59,061 nucleotides of DNA from a virus (taxonomy: Duplodnaviria > Caudoviricetes), in IMG/VR virus record IMGVR_UViG_3300007963_000007, positions 1 to 59,061 of that record; one strand, written 5' to 3'. The notes under the pieces were generated by a model that saw only the letters and a program-made list of their open reading frames with translations, searched no databases and was not told the origin of the DNA. Position numbers and translations under genes: made by a program. Positions 1 through 8,669 of this stretch are shown here, in pieces. The stretch's first letter is position 1, and each line of letters begins with the position of its first letter.

Positions 1-294
1 ACTGGATCGAAAGATCGTCTTGCCCGTGCTGGCATTGTGGAATTCGATTCCTTCGGTAGCGACCAGTATGCTGCCGAAGAACTGATCGCAGAGTTGGGTG
101 CCTGTTTCCTGAGCATGGTCACTGGATGCTGGGGTGACGATCAGGTGGACAATTCCGCAGCCTACATCAAGGGCTGGTCCAGCAAACTGAAGGAGGACCC
201 CAAACTCTACACCCGTGCTGCCAGTGCAGCGCAGAAAGCCGCAGAGTGGATTCTGGGATGCCCCCTCGATGAATGGACCCCCGATGCAGCCTAG
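1..294 (+). CDS. ardC: ArdC-like antirestriction protein, C-terminal zincin-like domain (5'-truncated by window edge)
   Basis: Frame is open from base 1 (TGSKDRLAR...). FGSDQYAAEELIAELGACFL...NSAAYIKGW...AASAAQKAAEWIL matches the ArdC C-terminal signature. Confidence 0.85.
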   Translation, partial: TGSKDRLARAGIVEFDSFGSDQYAAEELIAELGACFLSMVTGCWGDDQVDNSAAYIKGWSSKLKEDPKLYTRAASAAQKAAEWILGCPLDEWTPDAA

Positions 295-302
295 CCTGAT
301 CC

Positions 303-328
303 CCGCCCCCTGTATCCGCAGGGGGCGG
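303..328 (+). other. GC-rich intergenic hairpin (processing/pause site or weak terminator)
   Basis: CCGCCCCCTG-tatccg-CAGGGGGCGG, perfect 10-bp stem right after the ArdC stop; no U-tract. Confidence 0.65.
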
Positions 329-377
329 CATTCAGCCAATGCTGAGAACCAAACCAAACCAACAACCAATCCGAATA

Positions 378-695
378 ATGAATTCCGATCAGACCACTAC
401 TACCGACAAGCAGTTCTCCCAACTCCTCAGAATCCAGAGAAACCAACTGGATCGACAGATCAGGGAACTGCTTTACATCGCAGAGAACACCGATGAGGTG
501 ATCCAGAAACTGGAAGTCGAGATGGCAAAAGCTAATGCCGACATCGACTGGGAAGGCTCACCCCATGGGCAGGTGAAGCGGGGACAAGACATCGACAGGG
601 TGGTCAATCGCATTGTCCATAAAGGGGTAGGTCCTCACTTCCTGCCGATGTCTGACAGTCAATTCCAGAGAACCCTCCCGACCCTAAACCACTAA
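378..695 (+). CDS. Hypothetical early protein
   Basis: ATG at 378 follows an AC-rich leader; co-oriented with neighbours. Confidence 0.6.
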   Translation: MNSDQTTTTDKQFSQLLRIQRNQLDRQIRELLYIAENTDEVIQKLEVEMAKANADIDWEGSPHGQVKRGQDIDRVVNRIVHKGVGPHFLPMSDSQFQRTLPTLNH

Positions 696-772
696 TCCTC
701 AGAGAGTTACAAACCAAATTCTATTTCCCTCAGAAAAGTCTTGAAATCAAATCAGAATCTGTCTTAAATAAT
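693..772 (+). promoter_or_regulatory. Early promoter repeat, copy 1
   Basis: GTTACAAA(706)...AGAAAAGTC-TTGAAA(741)...AAATCAGAATCTG; near-identical to copies at 1345 and 5944; -10 hexamer weak. Confidence 0.75.
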
Positions 773-779
773 CACCGTC

Positions 780-1334
780 ATGAATACTCCTACTCCTACT
801 TGGAAAAAGAAAGTCGCCGCTGAACTGGATCGCACCATGAAAGTGCGGGGCCTGAAAGTCCCCCCGAAATGGCACACGTTTGGTGACCCCCGCATGAACA
901 TCCCGACTCGATGGTTTCGGACAGGGATGGTGACCCTGCGGGATGATGGTCGGCGCAAGTGCAAGAACCATGAAATCCTTTGCCGACTTGTGAGTCGGCA
1001 GGGTCGATGGGCGAGGCCGTCCTCCTCCAGTGAAACGACTCGATTGCAGAGAAGGCAGGACCTTGCCTCGACCATTAGGAAGCACGCCGAAAATGGGAAG
1101 GTTGCCATCGTCCACGGGGGCAGGGATTGTGACATGGTCGAGGTCCATGGACTGGTCAGGGTTCTTCCCGCCACTGTCACCCATGTCGAACAGTTCATTC
1201 AGGAACTGCATGACGGGGCCGAAGGTCCTATCTGGTGGAATGTAGCTCGCCCTTCCGATGCCGAAGATGAGCAGGTCACATCCCGCGACAGGATTGCCGA
1301 GGCTACCGAGGACGGTCACCCATGGAGCGTGTAA
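780..1334 (+). CDS. Hypothetical early protein
   Basis: 184-aa ORF directly after promoter repeat copy 1. Confidence 0.65.
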   Translation: MNTPTPTWKKKVAAELDRTMKVRGLKVPPKWHTFGDPRMNIPTRWFRTGMVTLRDDGRRKCKNHEILCRLVSRQGRWARPSSSSETTRLQRRQDLASTIRKHAENGKVAIVHGGRDCDMVEVHGLVRVLPATVTHVEQFIQELHDGAEGPIWWNVARPSDAEDEQVTSRDRIAEATEDGHPWSV

Positions 1335-1344
1335 CCTGACCCCT

Positions 1345-1421
1345 TGATCCTTAACGAGTTACAAAGAAAATCTATTTCCTTTTAGAAAAGTCTTGAAAAC
1401 AAATCAGAACCTGCTATTAAT
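1345..1421 (+). promoter_or_regulatory. Early promoter repeat, copy 2
   Basis: GTTACAAA(1358)...AGAAAAGTC-TTGAAA(1393)-N16-TATTAA. Confidence 0.75.
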
Positions 1422-1428
1422 TGTCACA

Positions 1429-1719
1429 GTGAAAGCCAACCGACCCACCTTCATCTTCACCGGAACCCTGAACGGGGAACCTAAGTCAACCACCGTCACC
1501 CCTAGCGCATGGGCCAAGGCCAAGGCAGGGGGGTCCCTAGCGGGGGCGAGACTGGTCCTTCGCATCACCCCCTCGACCCAGTGCTTCATCGAAGAAAGCG
1601 TTGCCCTTGTTCCCTCTCTCCCTCAGTCCGAATTCGGAGGTGATGGGAACAACCCCCTTGTCGAATCCCCCAAGGCAGATCGGGGTCGGCTGAATGATAC
1701 CCTTTGCCTGAACCACTAA
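1429..1719 (+). CDS. Hypothetical early protein (GTG start at 1429)
   Basis: The track's TTG start at 1393 is the -35 box; an in-frame GTG lies just after the -10. Confidence 0.6.
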   Translation: MKANRPTFIFTGTLNGEPKSTTVTPSAWAKAKAGGSLAGARLVLRITPSTQCFIEESVALVPSLPQSEFGGDGNNPLVESPKADRGRLNDTLCLNH

Positions 1720-1740
1720 CCAACATCCTACCCACCTGTC

Positions 1741-2013
1741 ATGAACATCGACCAAGCATATTCCATTGCCCTGCAAGCACGCAAGGCTTCCCGCCAGCAG
1801 ACCCTGAAGAATCTCCCTGCTCACCTAACTGAAGAGCATCGACTCGCCCAGAAATACCCCAACTTTTCCCGCCAGACGATCACCAACCTCGCTAACGCTA
1901 TTCGCCAGTGCGAAGATGAAGAGTTAGCCCTGTGGGATGTTCAGCGTAAACGCGAAAGCGAACTGAACCATGCCGAGGCTTGCCATGGAGAATATCACTT
2001 CGACGAAAACTAA
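1741..2013 (+). CDS. Hypothetical early protein
   Basis: Tightly packed ORF with AC-rich leader. Confidence 0.6.
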   Translation: MNIDQAYSIALQARKASRQQTLKNLPAHLTEEHRLAQKYPNFSRQTITNLANAIRQCEDEELALWDVQRKRESELNHAEACHGEYHFDEN

Positions 2014-2036
2014 ACCCACCCACCACCATCATCATC

Positions 2037-2273
2037 ATGAAATTATTCCTGTATAATTGGACGCATCACACGCTGACTGCCATGCTCATTACCCAGACCT
2101 TCCTGTTCTCCCTGCTATTGTTTATTGCCTTCTATTCAGGCACGCAATCGGCATGGGAATTCGTCCAGTGGTTTTACCCTGCCACTTGGCTGGTCCTGTC
2201 CACCCTTCCTGCCCTCGCAATAGCCCTGCCTGTAGCCTTCCTTGACGCTATCGTCTACAAGCAGAAAGCCTGA
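2037..2273 (+). CDS. Small membrane protein (2 predicted TM segments)
   Basis: Hydrophobic runs LITQTFLFSLLLFIAF and WLVLSTLPALAIALPVAFL; ACC-rich leader. Confidence 0.6.
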   Translation: MKLFLYNWTHHTLTAMLITQTFLFSLLLFIAFYSGTQSAWEFVQWFYPATWLVLSTLPALAIALPVAFLDAIVYKQKA

Positions 2274-2294
2274 ACCATTAATACCACCACTGTC

Positions 2295-2558
2295 ATGAAC
2301 GAATTGTATCAGTCCCTCCAGAAATCCGAAGATGAACTCCGTGCCTACCAGCAGGAACATCGAGAAACCCTGCTCCAGAATCCGATCTTCCCGTGGGGAG
2401 ACTTACTCACCTCCGAGAAAATCCTGCGGAAGATCGACCAACTGAAGTCGCAAGTCGAGATCCTCGACAAACTGCACGACCTCCAGAAGGAAGTCGAGAT
2501 GGTCGAGCGGGAAATCAAGAATGAAGAACGCAGTTACCGTGCCGCTCACATTGGATAA
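2295..2558 (+). CDS. Hypothetical coiled-coil early protein
   Basis: Charged heptad-like sequence; ACC-rich leader. Confidence 0.6.
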   Translation: MNELYQSLQKSEDELRAYQQEHRETLLQNPIFPWGDLLTSEKILRKIDQLKSQVEILDKLHDLQKEVEMVEREIKNEERSYRAAHIG

Positions 2559-2577
2559 CACTCACCACCTGAATACC

Positions 2578-2874
2578 ATGTCCCCATATAAAGAACTACC
2601 ACGACCCCAAGGGTATACCACCCTTGATGCCCTCAGAAAATTGAAGCAACGCTTCTGCAATCAACGCCCCTGCCGAGAGGAACTGCACCGGAACGCACGA
2701 TCCACGGCATGGACCCATAGCCTGCACCCTGACCAGCAGGATGAACTTATCTACATGGCTGAATGCGAGATCCCCCACACGATTGACGGGGTAGCAGGTT
2801 ATGAAGTTCGACGCATCGATTGCGTGGATAAACATCACAACCCTAATGACAGGCTTGATAAAGCGCATAGATAA
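2578..2874 (+). CDS. Hypothetical early protein
   Basis: ATG follows the CACCACCTGAATACC leader repeat. Confidence 0.55.
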   Translation: MSPYKELPRPQGYTTLDALRKLKQRFCNQRPCREELHRNARSTAWTHSLHPDQQDELIYMAECEIPHTIDGVAGYEVRRIDCVDKHHNPNDRLDKAHR

Positions 2875-2919
2875 TAACCACCACCACCACCAGAACCAGA
2901 ACCAGAAAGAACCAGAATC

Positions 2920-3168
2920 ATGAGCTTTAAAACCAGAGAAATTCTGACAGCAGCCGGATGGGTCGCCAGACCAGTCAATCACCTAAATCGCGTTGAGCCT
3001 GATGAAGAGGATCATTGTGAGTGCTGCAAGCATCAACAGGCGAGCCAGATTATTTTTGCAGGCAGGACTCAACATGGTCACCCTATTCTCTGGGCGCAGT
3101 GTCGCAAATGCTCTGAAGAGTCATTGGTCAGCTTTGCTGCTGATCGAGCAGAGGCAAATAGGGCGTAG
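2920..3168 (+). CDS. Small Cys-rich (possible Zn-ribbon) protein
   Basis: CECC...CRKC pattern; leader of ACC and AGAACC repeats. Confidence 0.55.
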   Translation: MSFKTREILTAAGWVARPVNHLNRVEPDEEDHCECCKHQQASQIIFAGRTQHGHPILWAQCRKCSEESLVSFAADRAEANRA

Positions 3169-3190
3169 CAACCACCACCTGAATACCACC

Positions 3191-3655
3191 ATGAGTTACG
3201 GAGTTTGGAAGAAGCATAAGAAGAGCAAGGGCTGGTCCTCAATTGAGATCGACTCCCCTTGGAACGGTCACACGGTCAGGGACCTTGCCGATGCAGCAGA
3301 GCATAGTGAGAGGGCGAAGACCCAGTTCTCTTTCCTGAAGTCTGCGGTCCATAAGCACCTGCCTTACGACTGCTGGTATCCTGCCGATGCAGTGCATGAA
3401 TACTGGGATGAGAACCTCGACCAGTTTAGATGGCGCATCCAACAGGCGAAGACCTACCCCCACCGCAAGATCGAGTCTTACTATATCGGAGGGGGAGAGC
3501 ATCAGACATGGATTGCTTTTGATGATGTCCATGCCCTGATCGATGGCCTCAAGGCTAATGGCGCGGGGTCTGACCTCATCCAGAAGGAGATCCAGAGATT
3601 GTTCGAGGAATACCTGAAGACGCAACACCCTGAGGATCAGTCAGTTACAAACTAA
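3191..3655 (+). CDS. Hypothetical early protein
   Basis: ATG follows CACCACCTGAATACCACC leader. Confidence 0.65.
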   Translation: MSYGVWKKHKKSKGWSSIEIDSPWNGHTVRDLADAAEHSERAKTQFSFLKSAVHKHLPYDCWYPADAVHEYWDENLDQFRWRIQQAKTYPHRKIESYYIGGGEHQTWIAFDDVHALIDGLKANGAGSDLIQKEIQRLFEEYLKTQHPEDQSVTN

Positions 3656-3706
3656 ATTCATTTTATATCAGAAAATCCTTGAATGTTTTCCAATCTCCTG
3701 TATAGT
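3641..3706 (+). promoter_or_regulatory. Early promoter repeat, copy 3 (diverged)
   Basis: GTTACAAA(3644)...TTGAAT(3679)-N16-TATAGT(3701). Confidence 0.75.
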
Positions 3707-3716
3707 GTTAACCATC

Positions 3717-3986
3717 ATGAGCGACCAACCTACCATGCAACAGAAAGTGAAAGTCAGAAAGCTCCACGCCGAGGCACCTGCCGAGATTCCTAAGTTCGTC
3801 AAGGCCGCGAAGATCCTGAACAAGATGACCGGACTGTCGGCATCAGTCACCGTAGGTCAACGTGACTCGATCAGGGAGGTCCTGTCCTTCACCCCTGCGA
3901 CTGCCGAGGGCAAGGAACTGCGGGGCAATATCCTGAAGGAGGCTGATTCCCACATCCCTGAAGGCGGTCTGTTCTTTATCGATTAA
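3717..3986 (+). CDS. Hypothetical early protein
   Basis: ATG 10 nt after the TATAGT -10 box. Confidence 0.6.
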   Translation: MSDQPTMQQKVKVRKLHAEAPAEIPKFVKAAKILNKMTGLSASVTVGQRDSIREVLSFTPATAEGKELRGNILKEADSHIPEGGLFFID

Positions 3987-4016
3987 TCCTGAACCCCTCA
4001 CCATCCAACTCCTACC

Positions 4017-4538
4017 ATGTATACTGCCACAGTAGATCGTCGTCACCTGAATCCTAACGAGACTCCCATCGAGTTCATCGAAGAGTTTGCCCGAGTCCAG
4101 TTAGCTAAATGGAACCTCACCGACTGGACCTTTGTCTGGGATAACGCACGCCGCAGATACGGACAGTGCCGACACATCAAGAGAGAGATTAGCCTGAGCA
4201 GGATTCTTACCTCGATGAATGACATCGAGCAGAGCATCGACACTGTCCTCCACGAGATCGCCCATGCACTAGCGGGGCGGGGTCAGGGTCACAACCATGT
4301 CTGGAAGCAGTGGTGCATCAAGGTCGGGGCGCAACCCCAACGGTGCTTCACCTCCACCGTTAACGGTGGGCAGGTAGATACCCCGAAAGGGAAATGGAGA
4401 CTGGTCCATGTCGATACTGGCGAAGTGTTCAGGCACTACCACCGCAAACCGAGAAGGAAGCTGGGCATTCAGCGTGGCGTATGGTGGAGGGGCAGGAAGA
4501 ACGAGACACTGGACAAACTCCAAATCGTAGAAGCGTAA
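4017..4538 (+). CDS. SprT-like zinc metalloprotease
   Basis: RRYGQC...ISLS...DTVLHEIAHAL...GHNHVWK...GAQP motif set of the SprT family. Confidence 0.85.
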   Translation: MYTATVDRRHLNPNETPIEFIEEFARVQLAKWNLTDWTFVWDNARRRYGQCRHIKREISLSRILTSMNDIEQSIDTVLHEIAHALAGRGQGHNHVWKQWCIKVGAQPQRCFTSTVNGGQVDTPKGKWRLVHVDTGEVFRHYHRKPRRKLGIQRGVWWRGRKNETLDKLQIVEA

Positions 4539-4540
4539 CC

Positions 4541-4888
4541 ATGCAAGGAGCAGAAGAATACTTTAAGGGATGGATCTCCGATGGAGACTGGGTCACTTTC
4601 AAACTTATCGAGGGGGACAAGACCTTCATCGAGAAGGGAAAGATAACCTTCCCCAATCAGGATGACTGGGATGAGGGAGTGGCTAAGGACATGGTCTACA
4701 TCTTAAACGAAGACCTCGCAGGTTACGATGGGTGTGATGGTGAGTGGCCTGAGGGCAAGCCTATCCACCGCAACCTGATCGAGGAAAGGCTGGGCGACCA
4801 TAACTGGGAGGACGACCGTGACAGGGAGGATGCCGAGGATTATGAACTTATGAAGCGGGACGCATGGGATGCATACCGCAGACGTTAA
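4541..4888 (+). CDS. Hypothetical acidic early protein
   Basis: ATG 2 nt after the SprT stop; D/E-rich. Confidence 0.6.
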   Translation: MQGAEEYFKGWISDGDWVTFKLIEGDKTFIEKGKITFPNQDDWDEGVAKDMVYILNEDLAGYDGCDGEWPEGKPIHRNLIEERLGDHNWEDDRDREDAEDYELMKRDAWDAYRRR

Positions 4889-4908
4889 TCACCAACCAAC
4901 CAACTGAT

Positions 4909-5235
4909 ATGAAACTGAAAGAAAGTGAATGCCTCCCAGAAGGACTATGTTCCTGTTGCTTTGAGGGGCAACTCCGCGACGAGACTAGCGACTATGTGTG
5001 CGACTATCTAGGCAGCACAATCACGGTTAAAGACCTTCCATGCACCAAGTGCGACAAATGTGATGAGAGGTTCTACAGTCCCGCAGCAGCACGGCGCATT
5101 GAAGATGCCGTCGAGAAGTTGAGAGAAGAAATGGGGCTTGAACCCCTACTACGTGAACCCCGCAACCTGCACCCTGAACCCTGCGACATGGACGAAGACG
5201 GGGTGGGGTGCAAGCCCCAAGACAGGGACCGTTAA
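4909..5235 (+). CDS. YgiT/MqsA-type zinc-finger protein
   Basis: CSCC...TITVKDLPCTKCDKCDERFYSPAAARRIE resembles the YgiT-type Zn finger; no HTH domain follows. Confidence 0.7.
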   Translation: MKLKESECLPEGLCSCCFEGQLRDETSDYVCDYLGSTITVKDLPCTKCDKCDERFYSPAAARRIEDAVEKLREEMGLEPLLREPRNLHPEPCDMDEDGVGCKPQDRDR

Positions 5236-5256
5236 TCACCAACTACTACCAATAAA

Positions 5257-5946
5257 ATGAAAGCTGAAAACACCACGCATTCCATGCTCGTAGTAAACCC
5301 TACGGACATAACTAATTACAACAGGGATCAGTCCAGCCTAGAAGCATTCTGGCTTTTCTGTATGTTCGTTGCTGGCAAGAACAGTGACTACGCATCCCGT
5401 TGCCTGTCCCGCTTACTCCATAAGAGCAGGGTCAGTCCCCTCAGATTCGGACCCAAGCTGGGGGAAGAAACCCCCTTCGATTACTTCCGATCTATCGGAG
5501 AGACTGGGGTGCATAACGCACTGGTCGCAAGCAAGGTCGGGCAGTATGGACGACTCACCAAGGGGATCATGCAGTCCCTTGATCTGGACCTCGCATCCTG
5601 CACCCTTGACGAACTGCTCTCGATCCATGGGGTCGGGAATAAGACGGCAAGATTCTTCATGCTGCACACCAGACAGGGGTGCGATTACGCCGTGCTGGAT
5701 ACCCACATCCTTGCTTGGTTGCGGGATCGGGGGGTAGACAACGTGCCTAAGAACACCCCGACTAACGGGAAGGAATACCGGAGGCTAGAGAAGACTTTCC
5801 GTTACCTGTCGAGACTGGCATACCCCTTCCTGTCTGACGCTCAGATCGACTTGCTGGTCTGGTCTGCCCAGAGTGGCAGGATTTCATCCGAGGAACTGTT
5901 CGACATGGCGAACCCGTTTGAATCCCGAGACGGGGTAGATGATTAA
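5257..5946 (+). CDS. HhH-superfamily DNA glycosylase-like protein (OGG-like)
   Basis: HhH motif LLSIHGVGNKTARFF followed by AVLDTHIL (catalytic Lys and Asp positions), then YRRLE and DLLVW. Confidence 0.75.
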   Translation: MKAENTTHSMLVVNPTDITNYNRDQSSLEAFWLFCMFVAGKNSDYASRCLSRLLHKSRVSPLRFGPKLGEETPFDYFRSIGETGVHNALVASKVGQYGRLTKGIMQSLDLDLASCTLDELLSIHGVGNKTARFFMLHTRQGCDYAVLDTHILAWLRDRGVDNVPKNTPTNGKEYRRLEKTFRYLSRLAYPFLSDAQIDLLVWSAQSGRISSEELFDMANPFESRDGVDD

Positions 5947-6019
5947 TCCTCAGTGAGTTACAAAGAAAATCTATTCCCCTGTAGAAAAGTCTTGAATATA
6001 AATCAGAACCTGCTAGGGT
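5944..6019 (+). promoter_or_regulatory. Early promoter repeat, copy 4
   Basis: GTTACAAA(5957)...AGAAAAGTC-TTGAAT(5992)-N16-TAGGGT. Confidence 0.75.
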
Positions 6020-6035
6020 ATACCCAGACTCAACC

Positions 6036-6221
6036 ATGAATAATCTGTTCCCAACCTTTTACCCCGTCGCTAAAGCCAAGGCTATGCTGGCTGAGATTTA
6101 CTCCACCCCTGAACCCTTCGATGAAGGGGAGAAGGTTGAGCTTCAGCCCCGCAAGTGGAAGGGCGAAGACTACGCAGTGCTTGCTGTAATTGTTGATGGC
6201 GAAGTAGTCCTTTACCTCTAA
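6036..6221 (+). CDS. Hypothetical protein
   Basis: 61-aa ORF after promoter copy 4. Confidence 0.55.
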   Translation: MNNLFPTFYPVAKAKAMLAEIYSTPEPFDEGEKVELQPRKWKGEDYAVLAVIVDGEVVLYL

Positions 6222-6228
6222 ACGAATC

Positions 6229-6459
6229 ATGAATACTGAAACAAAAATACTAAAAGACCGTGAGCCAACTCTTGAGGAGTCCCAGCAATTTGTTGGTGGG
6301 CTGGTCGAACTGGTTTATCTCGACGGGGGAGATCAACTCCTTGTGAACGAAGAGGGTCTTATCAAAGACCTCCCCCCAAATCCAAGTGCTTCTGCCATTG
6401 CTGGCAAACATATAGTTGGGAATGCCCTTGTCCTGCAAGGTAACGCTAAATGGAAATGA
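6229..6459 (+). CDS. DUF3846-family protein
   Basis: PTLEESQQFVGGLVELV...LLVNEEGL..LPPN..AS...IVGNALV signature. Confidence 0.75.
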   Translation: MNTETKILKDREPTLEESQQFVGGLVELVYLDGGDQLLVNEEGLIKDLPPNPSASAIAGKHIVGNALVLQGNAKWK

Positions 6460-6800
6460 TCATGAATACTGAATCCGTGAATACCAATACCGAAATAATA
6501 CCGACTACCCGAGAGGTAGGGGTCAAGGTCATCAAGCCTCAGACCACCGAAGAAAAATACGCCGATGCATACCATGCCGAGTCACTGGCAGCAACCCGTT
6601 TACGGGGGGACATCTGCTACGAGGTAGGAATCTTACGAAACCTGCTCAAGAACTTTGGCGAGTGGAGTCCCTCTAATATTAAATCCATCCTGACCCATGT
6701 TGAGGGTCGCCTTGACAAGGCACTGGATAAGCACAACTCCGAAACCATATCGAAGAACCCTTTCCTGCAAGGACTGAGAACGGAGGCATCCAATGACTGA
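6456..6800 (+). CDS. Hypothetical protein
   Basis: Start overlaps the previous stop (ATGA coupling). Confidence 0.55.
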   Translation: MIMNTESVNTNTEIIPTTREVGVKVIKPQTTEEKYADAYHAESLAATRLRGDICYEVGILRNLLKNFGEWSPSNIKSILTHVEGRLDKALDKHNSETISKNPFLQGLRTEASND

Positions 6801-6972
6801 ATCAGAACTAATGGACATCATGTCTGATGGACCCCGTGCCTATGCTCCGTTCACACAGCAAGACATCCAGAGAGAACGGGAGGAATACCACAACTGGATA
6901 GACCAACGTGAAGCGGAAGCACGGCAAGCGATGGATCAAGATCTGGAATACATAAACGAGAAGACCAAATGA
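6793..6972 (+). CDS. Hypothetical 59-aa protein (not in ORF track)
   Basis: MTESELMDIMSDG...EKTK*; fills the gap and overlaps both neighbours. Confidence 0.55.
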   Translation: MTESELMDIMSDGPRAYAPFTQQDIQREREEYHNWIDQREAEARQAMDQDLEYINEKTK

Positions 6973-7625
6973 ACACCACAACCAAATTAATCGAAATCGA
7001 AATCGGAGGCTACACCGTAACGCTACCTGATGGAGCAACTATAAATAGCCAGAGCTTCGACGACTCTCTGACAGTTCCGGTCCCTTACGATCTGGAGAGA
7101 GGTCAGGCAATGCAATGGGGCAGGTTACCTGTTCCGAAAGACCCCGAGGGGAAGCAACTACTTCGCCTTAACTCTGCGTTGATGAAGATGATCTTACAGG
7201 AGGAGGAAGAGGACCTTTATTCTGATGAAGAACTGGATGTTATATGCCAAACAGTTCACGCCCAGAATGGTGATAGGTTCTCAGATGATGATGTCATCAG
7301 CACAATCTTTCTGATGGCACTGTATGATGCTTATGAACCCGAGGAAGAAGAGGAGAAGGAACCCCTTGTATACCTTGTCGAGTGGGAGTCATGGAGTGAC
7401 AACATCATACGGACAACGGAAGTCATCGTCGGTGCTGATGAGGATCTGGAGGAGGCAATGGACCAAGGACTAGAGGACTGGTTCAAGGCACGGTGGGTTT
7501 TGAGGGACGCTAACTACGAACGTATGCTGGCACAATTAAACAGCACCGAGGAAGTGACAACTGAAACCCACAGCACATTTCCGGTAGGATTTGTTGGGCG
7601 CGACACAACTGTTAATTATGAATAA
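6969..7625 (+). CDS. Hypothetical highly acidic protein
   Basis: 218 aa with poly-E runs; ATGA-coupled to upstream gene. Confidence 0.6.
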   Translation: MNTTTKLIEIEIGGYTVTLPDGATINSQSFDDSLTVPVPYDLERGQAMQWGRLPVPKDPEGKQLLRLNSALMKMILQEEEEDLYSDEELDVICQTVHAQNGDRFSDDDVISTIFLMALYDAYEPEEEEEKEPLVYLVEWESWSDNIIRTTEVIVGADEDLEEAMDQGLEDWFKARWVLRDANYERMLAQLNSTEEVTTETHSTFPVGFVGRDTTVNYE

Positions 7626-7905
7626 AGAAACAATCGAATTGGCTAACTCTATTAGCCTTAATCAAATGGCAGACCTGATCAGAATCTTCTCTGACAGGAT
7701 AGGGGTTTTCGTCGGGAGTGCAGGGGTTTTGAAGAAGCACCTGAAGGACCGTGGGATAGGGGGGATTGATGGTGAGGGGGTCAACCGTGAGGTAGATGAT
7801 TACGAGTTCTTAGTTGACTCTGAGTTAAATGAGGACAACCCCGTAGTCACTAACGGTGCGACGATTCAAATTAACCTAGCCTTTACTAGTCCTGACCATG
7901 CTTAA
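7618..7905 (+). CDS. Hypothetical protein
   Basis: Overlaps previous stop. Confidence 0.55.
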   Translation: MNKETIELANSISLNQMADLIRIFSDRIGVFVGSAGVLKKHLKDRGIGGIDGEGVNREVDDYEFLVDSELNEDNPVVTNGATIQINLAFTSPDHA

Positions 7906-7911
7906 AGCGCC

Positions 7912-8040
7912 ATGCCTGTAATCATCATTACGGTAGCGGCACCTGATGAGGCCGAGCAAATTCTAAGGGTCATTAGGGAAGCTGAAGATAACAGGGACAT
8001 AGACTTTGCCTATACCACTGAGGTAGATAATGAGGATTGA
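7912..8040 (+). CDS. Hypothetical 42-aa protein (not in ORF track)
   Basis: MPVIIITVAAPDEAEQILRVIREAED...; fills the gap before the next promoter. Confidence 0.45.
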   Translation: MPVIIITVAAPDEAEQILRVIREAEDNRDIDFAYTTEVDNED

Positions 8041-8057
8041 AAAAAAAATAAAAAGTC

Positions 8058-8085
8058 TTGAAAAAGAATTCAATCTGTGTATAGT
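8058..8085 (+). promoter_or_regulatory. Sigma70-like promoter
   Basis: A-tract, then AAAAGTC-TTGAAA-N16-TATAGT; ATG 9 nt downstream. Confidence 0.75.
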
Positions 8086-8094
8086 CCTAACATC

Positions 8095-8556
8095 ATGAGC
8101 CAACAAATGAATATTGAGATCACTCCCCATGTAGTCGAAGTGTTGAAGCACGGACAAAGCATGGAGTCCTGTTACCCTAAGACAGATAACCGTGTAGGGG
8201 ACATCGTTGTGAACGAGAGGAACGGGGAACACGCTATCCTTGTAGGGACAAGTGAGGCCCCCTCTAACGAGTGGTTGTATATGCAGAATGACAGACGAGT
8301 CTGCGTTCTAGCTGAGTCCCCAGAAGGCAGTAACCTACCTTACAAATGGGACCACATCTGGTGGACTGCGTTCCCTGTTTCCGGTGGGTCTATGCTGACT
8401 CCTGATTTCTTGGTCAAGGCAGCTACGTGGGGTGAAGGCTACCCCGATGAGAAGTTTGCGATCTTTGACAGGGCATTCAGTAATGCTAACTCCTTTGCGA
8501 AGGATACGTTATCCACTCTACCCCTGTTCGACGACTGGTTCGCATGGAAGGACTAG
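8095..8556 (+). CDS. Hypothetical protein
   Basis: In-frame ATG just after the promoter. Confidence 0.6.
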   Translation: MSQQMNIEITPHVVEVLKHGQSMESCYPKTDNRVGDIVVNERNGEHAILVGTSEAPSNEWLYMQNDRRVCVLAESPEGSNLPYKWDHIWWTAFPVSGGSMLTPDFLVKAATWGEGYPDEKFAIFDRAFSNANSFAKDTLSTLPLFDDWFAWKD

Positions 8557-8567
8557 AAATAATTTCA

Positions 8568-8641
8568 GTCCCGCCCCCCTACGTTCATGTGTTTGCCCTG
8601 TAGTTTGTAGGAGTTCTACTAGGCTAACGGGGGGGCGGGAC
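8568..8641 (+). other. Intergenic structured RNA element (long closing stem plus inner hairpin)
   Basis: GTCCCGCCCCCC..CGTT pairs with AACG.GGGGGGCGGGAC; inner GTAGGA/TCTAC hairpin. Confidence 0.6.
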
Positions 8642-8669
8642 ACTCACTCACTAAAACCAAATACCAAAC

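Noticed and set aside
7943-7985. CTGATGAG resembling a hammerhead ribozyme core
   Set aside because: No matching stem II followed by GAAA, and it lies inside a plausible 42-aa ORF.
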